This document shows, in pieces, positions 1 through 9,990 of a stretch of 64,000 bases of DNA (the first letter of the stretch is position 1; the number at the start of each line of letters is the position of its first letter). The notes beneath the pieces are model-generated. The model did not search any database. It saw only the letters and a list, made by a program, of their open reading frames with translations, and was not told the origin of the DNA. The DNA lies in assembly GCA_963754875.1 (NCBI GenBank), contig CAVWHO010000021.1:190284-254283 (forward strand), read 5' to 3'. This DNA comes from Nitrospirota bacterium. Lineage in GTDB: Bacteria; Nitrospirota; UBA9217. The translations under genes and the position numbers were made by a program.

Positions 1-271
1 TGCCGAGGATATCAAGACACTGTACGAGCGGTAAACCGGCATCGATCATCGTTGCTAACTGCCGGGTAAGGATCACAATGTCCTTATCAGTGATTTTTGG
101 TGCTCCAAAGCTCAGCTTGATTTCCTTGGGTTTTGATGCGACATTGATCGGCAGGATGTTTTGTTTCCTGAGAAGAGCGATAACTTCTTCTTTGCTGTTT
201 GCTGCAAGCTCTCCCTTTTGAACTGCCCCCTGTCGTGTCTTGCCTTCCCACACAAAAACGCTTGCTGCCAT
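1..271 (-). CDS. pilC: Type IV pilus platform protein PilC, 5' part (runs off window)
   Basis: Manual translation from ATG at 271 gives MAASVFVWEGKTRQG...ILTRQLATMIDAGLPLVQCLDIL, a PilC/GspF signature; follows pilB-pilT. Confidence 0.9.
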   Translation of the reverse strand, partial: MAASVFVWEGKTRQGAVQKGELAANSKEEVIALLRKQNILPINVASKPKEIKLSFGAPKITDKDIVILTRQLATMIDAGLPLVQCLDILG

Positions 272-379
272 TTTTCACTCCTTTACTATTTTACAAACTT
301 CGAGGTTTCGATTAGTATCGAGCGCCTAATCCACTGCATCGCGTGCCAGAACAAATACCGAGGCCTGAGAGTAGCGGTA

Positions 380-1484
380 TCATCGATACTCTTTTTGGGC
401 CGGTTGTGCACCTGCAAGGCCTGATCGACCAATCATCTGCACGAGTTCATCGACAACGGACGACCTCCCGATGCAATCCTCGTAGGAAATCAACTTTTTT
501 GACATAGAGTTCGTACAATGATTGGTTCAACGTCTGCATGCCGAATTTCGACTGGCCTGTCTGCATGATCGAGTATATCTGATGGATCTTATCCTCGCGG
601 ATAAGATTCCGTATGGCGGCGTTCGGTATCATGACCTCGAGCGCAAGAACGCGTCCACCTCCGATTTTCGGTATGAGCTGCTGAGATATTACTCCTTCCA
701 GGACAAAAGACAATTGGGCCCTAACCTGCGACTGCTGGTGGGGCGGGAACACATCGATAATGCGGTTCATGGTCTGCACTGCGGAATTAGTATGGAGCGT
801 AGCAAAGGTCAGGTGTCCTGTTTCAGCGATAGTCAGGGCCGCCTCTATGGTTTCTAGGTCACGCATTTCACCAACGAGCACGACATCAGGGTCTTGGCGT
901 AGAATGTATTTCAATGCGTCTTTAAATGACTTCGTATCGGCGTTCACTTCACGCTGGTTTACGAGGCATTTTTTGTGCGGATGCAGATATTCGATCGGGT
1001 CCTCGATCGTTATGATGTGTTCCTGCCGCTCATTGTTTATTTTGTCGATCATCGAGGCAAGGGTAGTGGACTTACCGCTGCCCGTCGGTCCGGTAACGAG
1101 AACAAGGCCTCGTGGTTTCTTACAGAGGTCCGATGCGACTTCCGGCAACCCGAGTTCCGGAAATGTTTTTATTTTAAAAGGGATGGTCCTGATTGCCGCG
1201 GCAACGGCGCCGCGCTGCATAAAGATATTCGCACGAAAACGCGACAGGTTCTTTATACCGAAGGAAAGATCAAGCTCGCTGTTTTCCTCGAACTTATGTT
1301 TCTGAGCGTCCGTAAGAATACTGTAACAGAGGTCCTTCGTTTGCGTCCCCGAAAGAGGTTCGAGGCTGGGTATCGGTTTCATCTTGCCGTCGATGCGGAT
1401 GGACGGAGCGATGCCGGTCGTAATATGAAGGTCCGATGCGCCCTTCTCAATCATGTACTTCAGCAGATCGTGCAGATTGGCCAT
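380..1484 (-). CDS. pilT: Type IV pilus retraction ATPase PilT (frameshift in A-run near 495)
   Basis: ASDLH, GPTGSGKSTT, EDPIE, AIRNLIRE motifs; the C-terminus continues in a shifted frame (LISYEDCIGRS...) to a stop at 380. Confidence 0.93.
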
Positions 1485-1533
1485 TGAGGATCCTCTTTCT
1501 GTTTTACCTTTGACGTACTTCCGGGCCTCAAGA

Positions 1534-3375
1534 TTACTGATTGTCCGGGAAGGTATTTTCAACAACTTCTTCCAGGGAAGTCAGGCCGGCCTTCACTTTC
1601 AGGAGTCCGCTTCGCCGAAGCGTCTTCATTCCCCCTGCAATGGCCTGTCTTTTAATGTCGAACACCGATGCGCCCTGCAGGATAAGTTCCTTGATTTCTT
1701 CTTTGATGGGCATGACTTCATAGAGCGCCACCCTGCCCTTATAGCCCGTTTTGTTGCAGACGTCACATCCCGTCCCTTTATGACTGACGACGGATGCGGC
1801 CTCTTCAGGCGAGAAGCCGGCGTCGATGAAGACCTGAACCGGCAATTTTTCGGGCTTGTTTGCAATTGCGCAGGCCCTGCGTACGAGCCGCTGAGCAACA
1901 ATTAAGATCACGGCCGACGAAACCAGGAAAGGCTCCACACCCATGTTGAGCATACGGTTGATCGTGCTCGGCGCGTCGTTGGTATGTAGGGTCGTGAGCA
2001 CGAGGTGGCCGGTAAGAGCGGCTTTCACCCCGATTTCAGCCGTTTCGTAGTCGCGTGTTTCTCCCACCATGATAATGTCGGGGTCCTGTCGCAGAAAAGA
2101 ACGGAGTGCGGCAGCGAAGTTAAGCCCAATTTCATCCTTCATCTGGACCTGGTTGATTCCCATCAGGTTAAACTCGACGGGGTCTTCCGCGGTCATGAGG
2201 TTCTCTGAATCCGTATTCAGTTCGCTCAGCGCTGAGTAGAGTGTCGTGGTTTTTCCGCTTCCCGTAGGGCCTGTTACCAGGACCATGCCGAAAGGCCTCC
2301 CCAGCGCTTCCTTAAAATCGACTAGCTGGTCTTCATCGAATCCAAGCTTGGTCATATCGAGCTGCAGATTCGATTTGTCGAGCAAACGCATCACGATCTT
2401 TTCGCCGAAAAGCGTTGGCAGGACGGAGACCCGGAAGTCCATGGTTTTGCTTTTCCCCATTTTCAGTTTGATTCTGCCGTCCTGGGGAAGGCGTCGCTCC
2501 GCGATATCGAGGTTTGACATGATCTTGATACGGGAAATGATCGCATTCTTGATTTTCAAGGGAAGTCCCATGACCGTTTTCAAAACACCATCGAGACGGT
2601 ACCGAACACGGAATTTCTTTTCATAAGGCTCGATGTGGATATCGCTCACGCCTAATTTTGCCGCCCTCAGCAGAATACCATTTACGAGTTTGACTATCGG
2701 CGCTTCGACATCTGCCGACAGATTGTCGAGTTCCTGGTCCTCAACGACTTCAAGTTCATCCACAGCTCCGTGAACGAGACTGTCGAAGTCCTCGACATCC
2801 ACCTCACCGCCGGTATCGATGTCATCTACAAAACTGTCTTCCTTCATCTCCTCATCGAGAGAGTAGTCTTTGGCATCCAACGATAGCTTCTTGTCGTCCT
2901 TGACCGCCGGAGCCGCGCCTGCCTTGGCCGTGACAAGAGATTTCGCACCGCCATAATACTTCTTAATGGCCTCAACGATGGCTCCTTCAGTCGCAACGAC
3001 CGCCTCGACATTGTAGCCCGTCATAAATTTGATATCATCGATAGCAAAAATATTGGAAGGGTCCACCATGGCGATCGTTATCGTGGCCCCTGCGCGATTG
3101 ATCGGCATAATGCGGTATTTTTGGGCAACATCGGGGGGGATATGTTTTATGACCGCGGGATTGATCTCGAACTTGCTCAAGTCAACATAAGGGACGCCGT
3201 ACTGCTTGCTGAGAAACGTCATGAGCTTATCTTCTTGAACGAACCCGAGCTTTACCAGAATGGACCCCAGCCTGCCCCCCTCGGATTTTTGTGTCGAGAG
3301 GGCTTTTTTCAGTTGTTCATCTGTGATAAGACCCGACGAAACGAGCATGGAGCCGAGTCTGCCTGACATCGCCAT
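1534..3375 (-). CDS. pilB: Type IV pilus assembly ATPase PilB with N-terminal MshEN domain
   Basis: Tandem RLGxxL...ALxxQ motifs, SDIHIEP, GPTGSGKTTT, LRQDPD. Confidence 0.95.
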   Translation of the reverse strand: MAMSGRLGSMLVSSGLITDEQLKKALSTQKSEGGRLGSILVKLGFVQEDKLMTFLSKQYGVPYVDLSKFEINPAVIKHIPPDVAQKYRIMPINRAGATITIAMVDPSNIFAIDDIKFMTGYNVEAVVATEGAIVEAIKKYYGGAKSLVTAKAGAAPAVKDDKKLSLDAKDYSLDEEMKEDSFVDDIDTGGEVDVEDFDSLVHGAVDELEVVEDQELDNLSADVEAPIVKLVNGILLRAAKLGVSDIHIEPYEKKFRVRYRLDGVLKTVMGLPLKIKNAIISRIKIMSNLDIAERRLPQDGRIKLKMGKSKTMDFRVSVLPTLFGEKIVMRLLDKSNLQLDMTKLGFDEDQLVDFKEALGRPFGMVLVTGPTGSGKTTTLYSALSELNTDSENLMTAEDPVEFNLMGINQVQMKDEIGLNFAAALRSFLRQDPDIIMVGETRDYETAEIGVKAALTGHLVLTTLHTNDAPSTINRMLNMGVEPFLVSSAVILIVAQRLVRRACAIANKPEKLPVQVFIDAGFSPEEAASVVSHKGTGCDVCNKTGYKGRVALYEVMPIKEEIKELILQGASVFDIKRQAIAGGMKTLRRSGLLKVKAGLTSLEEVVENTFPDNQ

Positions 3376-3463
3376 AGGAACTCCTTATACTTTTAAGGAA
3401 TAAATCACTACAATATTACTTTAATGCAACAGTTATGTCAAGATGAGTCCGTCTATTAGGCGT

Positions 3464-4339
3464 CTATTTCCTTCGACCGTTTCCCAGCGCGGCAATCTGC
3501 CTGGCAAGCGCATTTTTCATGATTGAGACGGGAGCTTTTTTACCCGTCCATATTTCAAAGGCAATAGCACCTTGGAACAGCAGCATTCCGATTCCCGGCA
3601 ACCTCTTCGCTCCACGCGCTTTTGCTGTTTGCAGAAATCTCGTTTCTGCCGGATTATAGACGAGGTCGCAGACGAGGTGTTTTTTCCGGATGTGCTCCAG
3701 AGCAAGCGGCAAGGGGTCTGTTGTCTTCAGGCCCAGGGGCGTGGCATTGATAACGCAGTCAGCTTCTGCGGCAGACTCACCAACCGATTCCTGTTTTACA
3801 TATTCCGCGAAACGGCCGGTCTTGTCTGTGATGTCGGTCACCAGTGCAATGGCCTTCGCTGCGTCGAGATCGGTAAAAACGATTTTTTTTGTTCCCTCCA
3901 GCGCAAGACTGAAACCCACGGCTCTCGCCGCGCCTCCTGAGCCGATAATAACAACCTGTTTCCCTTTCGGAGTAAATCCCGCATTGTCCCGGAGCGATCT
4001 GAGAAAACCCCGGCCGTCGGTGTTGTGGCCGATCAGCTTTCCTTCCTTGATCTCAATGGTGTTGACTGCGCCGATCAGCCGTGCCTCTTCCGACAGTTCA
4101 TCCAAATAGGCTATGATCTTTTCCTTATGCGGCACGGTAACATTTAATCCGCAGAGGCCGAGAGGAATGAGTGCCTTCGCTGCTTCTCCGAGGTTGTCCG
4201 GAGGGACGGCAAAAGGAACATAGCACGCATCCAAGTCCATTTTTTTAAATGCAGCATTATGCATGCCTGGTGAAAACGTGTGTCTGACAGGATATCCGAA
4301 AATGCCATAGAGTTTCGTTTTGCCGGAGATCATGGACAA
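3464..4339 (-). CDS. aroE: Shikimate dehydrogenase
   Basis: SPxMHN, NVTVPHK, GAVNT, NTDGRG, GSGGAARA, DLVYNP motifs. Confidence 0.95.
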   Translation of the reverse strand: MSMISGKTKLYGIFGYPVRHTFSPGMHNAAFKKMDLDACYVPFAVPPDNLGEAAKALIPLGLCGLNVTVPHKEKIIAYLDELSEEARLIGAVNTIEIKEGKLIGHNTDGRGFLRSLRDNAGFTPKGKQVVIIGSGGAARAVGFSLALEGTKKIVFTDLDAAKAIALVTDITDKTGRFAEYVKQESVGESAAEADCVINATPLGLKTTDPLPLALEHIRKKHLVCDLVYNPAETRFLQTAKARGAKRLPGIGMLLFQGAIAFEIWTGKKAPVSIMKNALARQIAALGNGRRK

Positions 4340-5625
4340 CCCCTCCCTGCACTGCGTAGCACGAGCATCAATTCGCGAAACGTCGCTGCCGGCACTATTT
4401 TGATGTCGAGTCGTTTCGCAAGTTGTTTGAGCGTCATGTTATCGAGAAATACGTCTTCGTCTTCTTTCAGCATACTGGCAGGAATAACCAGAACATCACC
4501 CAACCGTCGGCGTTGCAACGCCTTCAGAATGTCGCCTCCTGTTAAGAGTCCGGCGACCGTTACTGTCGGCCCAAAATAATAATTCTTTACTGTTACGAGA
4601 TCGACGGAAACTCCGCGAATTGAATGGACACGCGTTAAAACACGTTTGAGGATTTTACCAAATGAAATCCCGGTCGCAATAGTAACGTGCAGGGGTGAAA
4701 TACGTGAAGGCAACCTCGTACGCGACGCCTCTCGGAGAAACGTCGCTACCATGCCCACGCCGTTTTCTATCTGCGGAAAATCCTCGTAAAAAGACGGGGC
4801 GGGAAAGGCCTCTTTTGCCCGAATATAAAATTCATCAGACGCAAACACGAAACGCGAGCCGACCCGCCTTTTGCATTCTTTTCCGAACCTCTCGGTTGTA
4901 GCAAGCACTGCGCGGGCTTCACGCGGGGTAAATGTTCGGAGCGGATAGAGCTCTTTTCTGAACGTGGTGATGCCGACGGGGACGACAGCAACGGAAGCTA
5001 CGGCAGGAAACAGCCCCGATAAATCATCCAGCGTTCGCTCAAGGTATGGCCCGTCATTGACTCCCGGGCACAAGACGATCTGCGCATGCATCTTGATGCC
5101 GCCGGCAGCCAGCCGCTTCATGCTCGTCATAATATCCGGAGACTTTCTGTTCCCGATCATGAAGGAGCGCAGTGCCGGTTCGGTTGTATGTACGGAAATA
5201 TAGAGAGGAGAGAGGCGCTGTTGAAAAATCCGCTCGAAGTCTGATTCAGTGAGGGATCCGAGCGTAATATAATTCCCGTGGAGAAACGACGCACGGAAGT
5301 CGTCGTCTTTAATGTAAAGGCTCTTTCGGCAACCTTTCGGCATCTGGTCGACGAAACAAAAAATGCATTTATTTCTGCAACGTTTAATTTGGAGAGGGGG
5401 AAATTCAAGTCCGAGGGCATCGTCGGCGTCTTTATCAAGAGTGAACGTTCTGCGCCTGCCCTTTTTCGTCTGCACGATGATGACGACATGCTCATCTGCC
5501 ACAGAGAATTTATAGTCTATATCGTCGTTAACCTCTTCGCCGTTAATAGAGACGATCCTATCGCCCTGTTTAAACCCTAAGTCGGCGCCAAGACTCCCCG
5601 GCAGGACCGTACAAATCTCCAGCAA
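4330..5625 (-). CDS. PDZ + radical SAM-like Fe-S protein (DUF512 family)
   Basis: N-terminal PDZ-like region, CRNKCIFCFVDQMP, LYIKDDD, QIENGVG, VAGLLTG. Confidence 0.85.
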   Translation of the reverse strand: MLEICTVLPGSLGADLGFKQGDRIVSINGEEVNDDIDYKFSVADEHVVIIVQTKKGRRRTFTLDKDADDALGLEFPPLQIKRCRNKCIFCFVDQMPKGCRKSLYIKDDDFRASFLHGNYITLGSLTESDFERIFQQRLSPLYISVHTTEPALRSFMIGNRKSPDIMTSMKRLAAGGIKMHAQIVLCPGVNDGPYLERTLDDLSGLFPAVASVAVVPVGITTFRKELYPLRTFTPREARAVLATTERFGKECKRRVGSRFVFASDEFYIRAKEAFPAPSFYEDFPQIENGVGMVATFLREASRTRLPSRISPLHVTIATGISFGKILKRVLTRVHSIRGVSVDLVTVKNYYFGPTVTVAGLLTGGDILKALQRRRLGDVLVIPASMLKEDEDVFLDNMTLKQLAKRLDIKIVPAATFRELMLVLRSAGRGCP

Positions 5626-6062
5626 TCACGCTACTCCTCTTGGAAGCAAACATAAAATCGACATAGCCGGCTATCTGTGTCCGTGCTTCATCGGACACTT
5701 GCCGGAATTTTCTCAGCATCATGATCTCGTCCACACTCAGGATTTTTTCGAGGTAATTGATCTGTTCTTCGGAAAGCGGATATTTGCGTTTTCCTCTCCT
5801 GAATTTTGCCAGGGACGGAGAGAGGAAAAAACCTTTCACTTCTGCAGGGACCTTTTCCTGGTGCGCGGCAAGAATAAGGACGGATTTGTCAAGATTCAGT
5901 TTGCCCAGCTATCATCATGAGCGTCGTGTCTTTCGGGATATGCCCTTTATTGATCGTAACACGCAAAAGCTCCGGGCTGATTCCGAGGACCTTGGATGCA
6001 TCCTTCAGGTTTCTGAAGCCCTTCTTTTCCAGCGCCTGTCTGATCATGTCGGATATTTTCAT
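5570..6062 (-). CDS. XRE-like helix-turn-helix protein (frameshift near 5905; 3' end uncertain)
   Basis: ATG at 6062 after GGAGG gives MKISDMIRQALEKKGFRNLKDASKVLGISPELLR, which joins ORF 5570-5839 after a one-base shift. Confidence 0.6.
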
Positions 6063-6086
6063 AAACGACCTCCCTGATTAATGACG

Positions 6087-6629
6087 TCACGAGACATCTT
6101 CTCCGACGATCTTCATGCCCCGGGTAACATACTGAACACCCGAAACCATCGTGAAGACCGCCGTGGTCCAATATAAGAGGGACATGAGCCCTACGTTCAC
6201 CCCGTAGCTTTTCAGCAGGAGAGAAAGCGTCACCACGGTCAGTTGCAATACTGTCGTGGCTTTTCCCACAATTGAGGGACGGGCTTTCAGATCATGTCCT
6301 GTAAAATAAATCACGGCACTGCCGAGTACGAGAATGACATCCCTGCTTACGACAATGATCACGAGCCAGATCGGGAGCATGCGCAGAAGCACAAGCGTCA
6401 CGAATGCCGATACGATGAGCAGTTTGTCCGCCATCGGATCGAGAAACGCACCCAGCTCTGTTTTTGAATGAGTAATTCGGGCTATCATGCCGTCGAGCGC
6501 ATCTGTCACACAGGCAATCGCAAAAACGCCCAACGCGCTCCGGTAATAACCGTAAATCATCAGATTAATAAAAAACGGGATCAGTATGATACGTGCAAGC
6601 GTAATGTAATTCGGAAGGTTCATCAGCAC
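6087..6629 (-). CDS. pgsA: CDP-alcohol phosphatidyltransferase (PgsA-like)
   Basis: NLPNYITLAR and DALDGMIAR...GAFLDPMADK motif. Confidence 0.88.
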   Translation of the reverse strand: MLMNLPNYITLARIILIPFFINLMIYGYYRSALGVFAIACVTDALDGMIARITHSKTELGAFLDPMADKLLIVSAFVTLVLLRMLPIWLVIIVVSRDVILVLGSAVIYFTGHDLKARPSIVGKATTVLQLTVVTLSLLLKSYGVNVGLMSLLYWTTAVFTMVSGVQYVTRGMKIVGEDVS

Positions 6630-6770
6630 CCCGTTTCGTCCGGCACTCTGCCAATAATATTAAACATACTTATTTGGGTTGTCAACCTTTTTCTTTTTGT
6701 TACCATTTGTTTTTGTTCCGGGGGGCGCATCAGTTACAACGGAAGAAGACGCGAAGGAGAAAAAAATGCG

Positions 6771-6816
6771 TGGAGCCGGCGGTCAGGATTGAACTGACGA
6801 CCTGCTGATTACGAAT
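6771..6816 (-). repeat. Displaced 3' half of tRNA-Thr (att site)
   Basis: Minus strand ATTCGTAATCAGCAGGTCGTCAGTTCAATCCTGACCGCCGGCTCCA, 42/46 identical to the tRNA 3' half; no 5' half present. Confidence 0.9.
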
Positions 6817-6890
6817 TACGTGGTCATTCCGATTTACTTTTTTTATCATTGTATTATATGGCATGAAATACTCCACGGTGGAGTACAATA

Positions 6891-7446
6891 GTGAATTACC
6901 CCGCAGCAGAGCTGCGGGGCATCCTAAATGCGCTAGAACCTAAAGCCAACTTGCTCATCATGCTGATACCGAATATACTTTCTTATAACTTCTGCCGTTA
7001 CTTTGTCGCCAACCGAACGGACAAAGTAGCCGTCATTCCAGAGTTCTCCTCCCCAAAGTTTTTTCTTTATCTCGGGGAATTCTCGAAACATCATCTTTGC
7101 CGATATGCTTTTGATTATCTGTACTACCCTCGCTGGAGCATACTTCGGTGGCACAACCAAAAACAAATGCACATGATCATCCATTGCTTCCATCGTATCT
7201 ATTTCAAATTCATATCGCTCTGCGATCTCACGAAATATCTCTTTCAGTCTCGTCGTCATTCGATCGCTGAACAGCTTCCTTCGATATTTTGGTATCCATA
7301 CAAAATGGTACTTCAGATCATAGACGCTATGTTTGCTTCTTCTCAATGGGCTCATGGCCCGTATTGTAACAGATTCTCATCCTGACTTCGTCAGGATATC
7401 CTTTTCATCCCAGCAGCAGAGCTGCTGGGTATTTCAGGATGTTTTT
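6891..7446 (-). mobile_element. IS200-type element (tnpA only), copy 1
   Basis: Subterminal hairpins CCCCGCAGC-aga-GCTGCGGGG and CCCAGCAGC-aga-GCTGCTGGG; left end preceded by TTTAT, right end TTCAC (minus strand); appears identical to 9315-9870. Confidence 0.92.
6933..7355 (-). CDS. tnpA: IS200/IS605 Y1 (HUH) transposase
   Basis: YHFVWIPKYRR, DHVHL (HUH), LWNDGYFV, YIRYQ (catalytic Tyr). Confidence 0.95.
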   Translation of the reverse strand: MSPLRRSKHSVYDLKYHFVWIPKYRRKLFSDRMTTRLKEIFREIAERYEFEIDTMEAMDDHVHLFLVVPPKYAPARVVQIIKSISAKMMFREFPEIKKKLWGGELWNDGYFVRSVGDKVTAEVIRKYIRYQHDEQVGFRF

Positions 7447-7637
7447 ATAAAGTGATGTATGCCCATGATCCTGTCCCGATTAATCGGATGACGCCGGTTT
7501 ATCCTCAATTCAACCAAACATACGGCAGCGCCGTCACGAAAAGGACGGTGTGAGCCGCTGCTCCATCTTCCCGGAGTTTGCAGAACTTCAGAGGTCCTGC
7601 GAACATCGTTTCCAGGTCCGCAGCACCTTCCAAGAAG

Positions 7638-9119
7638 CTATTTCCCAACAGTAACGATTTCGCTGGGTGCATAACCCGTCTGGACCGATGGATTGCTCAT
7701 AAGCGTGAGCGCTCCAGTCGTCTGGTCGATCGTGTACTGCGAGATGGACGTACCAATGCCCGCGTCATTGTTGCCGCTGGTCGCATAGGCGTACTTGCCC
7801 GAGGATTCGATCGCCATCCAGGCTACTAATGCCTGCGCTGTCGAGACCGTTCCGTTTGACACGAGCGCTCCGGTCGTCTGGTTAATCGTGAACTGGGCGA
7901 TAACCCCAGTCGACGAGGTGAAGATCGGCACATAGGCGAACCTGCCCATGGGGTCAACTGCGATGGATAAAGCATATTGCGCCACCAACGAGACCGTGGC
8001 GGGGGTCAGTGGTGAAAGCATTCCATTTGTGTTGATTTTGTACTGCGAAATGAAGGTGGGATGGACGCCGTCACCATAGTTCGCAACATAGGCATATGTG
8101 CCTGAGGGGATCGAGACGATCTTGATTTCCCAGGCGTTATAACCCCCCGTCGCCACCGAGGGCGTGGACATTGATGTGAGCACGCCAGTCGTCTGGTTGA
8201 TCGTGTACTGGGAGACGGTGTTGGCGGGGCCGTTTGGCACGTAAGCATAATTGCCTGAAGGGTCGATTGCGACAGCGTTGGGACTCGTCCCTGCCGCAAC
8301 GATGGACGGGGTCATTGCTGAGAGCGTCCCATCCGTGCCGATCGTGTTCTGACTGACGGTACCCCAAGCACTGTTTGTAACATAGTACCAGGGTTTCGTG
8401 GGGTGGACCGCACCGCCTGCGGGATACGCACCCGCCGTGAAGAACGTAGGCGTGGACAAGGATGTAAGCGACCCGTCCGCACCGATCGCGAACTGAGATA
8501 TGAAACCACAGCCGTAGGAACAGCCGGTGATAGGGGTTAGACCATGGTAGTTGCTGACGTACAAATACTTGCCCGAGGGGTCGACCGTGAGGAATCGGGG
8601 ATCGTACCCTCCTGTAGAAACCGGGGGCGTGAACATGGGGGTGAGCGCTCCATTCGGGCCGATCGTATACTGAGAGACGTTGCTGTCAGACCAGTTCACA
8701 GCGTAGGCATAGCCCCCTGCCCATAACGCATACATGGTGACATTGGCAGAGCCCATCGAGAAGGCCTTTCCCGGCGTATAGGCCTTGCCGGATCCATCAG
8801 CCTTCGTCTGCCATCCCACGAAGGTATATCCGGTATATGCGAGGCTTCCCGTATTCGCGGGCACCGTGACAGTCTGCCCGGTCACATAGCTGCTTGAATC
8901 AACCGGGACGCTGCCACCGGTGGCGCCGTTTGCATTATAGGTCACGGTATAACCGTTGCCACTACTGCTACTGCTACTGCTACTACTACTGCTACTACTA
9001 CTACTACTACTACTGCTGCTGCTACTCCCTCCTCCACCACCGCCGCATGTCGCGAATACAATCGTAAATAGAAGAAGCACAAACAATGATATAAACGATG
9101 ACGTAATGTCCTTTTTCAT
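7638..9119 (-). CDS. Surface lipoprotein: poly-Ser linker, one InlB-B/Listeria-Bacteroides repeat, lactonase-like beta-propeller
   Basis: Signal ending FATC-G6-S22; YTVTYNANG...GYTFVGW...MYALW; repeated YAYV..SQYTI..G.L..DPSG blades. Confidence 0.8.
   Translation of the reverse strand: MKKDITSSFISLFVLLLFTIVFATCGGGGGGSSSSSSSSSSSSSSSSSSSSSSGNGYTVTYNANGATGGSVPVDSSSYVTGQTVTVPANTGSLAYTGYTFVGWQTKADGSGKAYTPGKAFSMGSANVTMYALWAGGYAYAVNWSDSNVSQYTIGPNGALTPMFTPPVSTGGYDPRFLTVDPSGKYLYVSNYHGLTPITGCSYGCGFISQFAIGADGSLTSLSTPTFFTAGAYPAGGAVHPTKPWYYVTNSAWGTVSQNTIGTDGTLSAMTPSIVAAGTSPNAVAIDPSGNYAYVPNGPANTVSQYTINQTTGVLTSMSTPSVATGGYNAWEIKIVSIPSGTYAYVANYGDGVHPTFISQYKINTNGMLSPLTPATVSLVAQYALSIAVDPMGRFAYVPIFTSSTGVIAQFTINQTTGALVSNGTVSTAQALVAWMAIESSGKYAYATSGNNDAGIGTSISQYTIDQTTGALTLMSNPSVQTGYAPSEIVTVGK
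8961..9026 (-). repeat. AGT/AGC trinucleotide tract encoding 22 Ser
   Basis: 66-nt act/gct run. Confidence 0.95.
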
Positions 9120-9314
9120 GGTTATTTCCTCCGTCTATTTGATTATACTGATGTTACTTGTCTGCGTTGCTTCTTCTTTTTCCAACTTCTCTTATCTTTG
9201 TTGTTCCAACACCTCATTTGTCAGCAGTATTATCCGCGAATGCTATGTGCTGATTTGAACAACATCTAATGAACTTCTCAAAGTTAAAAAACTGTTGGTA
9301 CATCATTTCCTAAA

Positions 9315-9870
9315 GTGAATTACCCCGCAGCAGAGCTGCGGGGCATCCTAAATGCGCTAGAACCTAAAGCCAACTTGCTCATCATGCTGATACCGAATAT
9401 ACTTTCTTATAACTTCTGCCGTTACTTTGTCGCCAACCGAACGGACAAAGTAGCCGTCATTCCAGAGTTCTCCTCCCCAAAGTTTTTTCTTTATCTCGGG
9501 GAATTCTCGAAACATCATCTTTGCCGATATGCTTTTGATTATCTGTACTACCCTCGCTGGAGCATACTTCGGTGGCACAACCAAAAACAAATGCACATGA
9601 TCATCCATTGCTTCCATCGTATCTATTTCAAATTCATATCGCTCTGCGATCTCACGAAATATCTCTTTCAGTCTCGTCGTCATTCGATCGCTGAACAGCT
9701 TCCTTCGATATTTTGGTATCCATACAAAATGGTACTTCAGATCATAGACGCTATGTTTGCTTCTTCTCAATGGGCTCATGGCCCGTATTGTAACAGATTC
9801 TCATCCTGACTTCGTCAGGATATCCTTTTCATCCCAGCAGCAGAGCTGCTGGGTATTTCAGGATGTTTTT
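9315..9870 (-). mobile_element. IS200-type element (tnpA only), copy 2
   Basis: Same sequence, orientation and TTTAT target as copy 1. Confidence 0.92.
9357..9779 (-). CDS. tnpA: IS200/IS605 Y1 transposase
   Basis: Protein identical to 6933-7355. Confidence 0.95.
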   Translation of the reverse strand: MSPLRRSKHSVYDLKYHFVWIPKYRRKLFSDRMTTRLKEIFREIAERYEFEIDTMEAMDDHVHLFLVVPPKYAPARVVQIIKSISAKMMFREFPEIKKKLWGGELWNDGYFVRSVGDKVTAEVIRKYIRYQHDEQVGFRF

Positions 9871-9904
9871 ATAAAATAGTGGGACGGAATGCCGAAAGAA
9901 CTTA

Positions 9905-9990
9905 TCCTTAGGCAGCTCGGCCGTCTTGGTCTTTTAAGACCCGTAGCTTTCCGTCCCCCTCTAACAAAGGGTTTGGCTTTATCGTGATAG
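9905..9990 (-). promoter_or_regulatory. Cyclic di-GMP-I (GEMM) riboswitch aptamer
   Basis: Minus strand AAAGCCAAACCCTTTGTTAGAGGGGGACGGAAAGCTACGGGTC...GACGGCCGAGCTGCC fits the GEMM consensus. Confidence 0.85.

Noticed and set aside
6771..6816. Second tRNA-Thr gene
   Set aside because: Lacks the D-arm and 5' acceptor strand.
6891..7385. 164-aa plus-strand ORF duplicated at 9315-9809
   Set aside because: Antisense shadow of tnpA; duplicated only because the IS is.
8956..9258. Poly-Leu ORF
   Set aside because: Antisense reading of the Ser tract.
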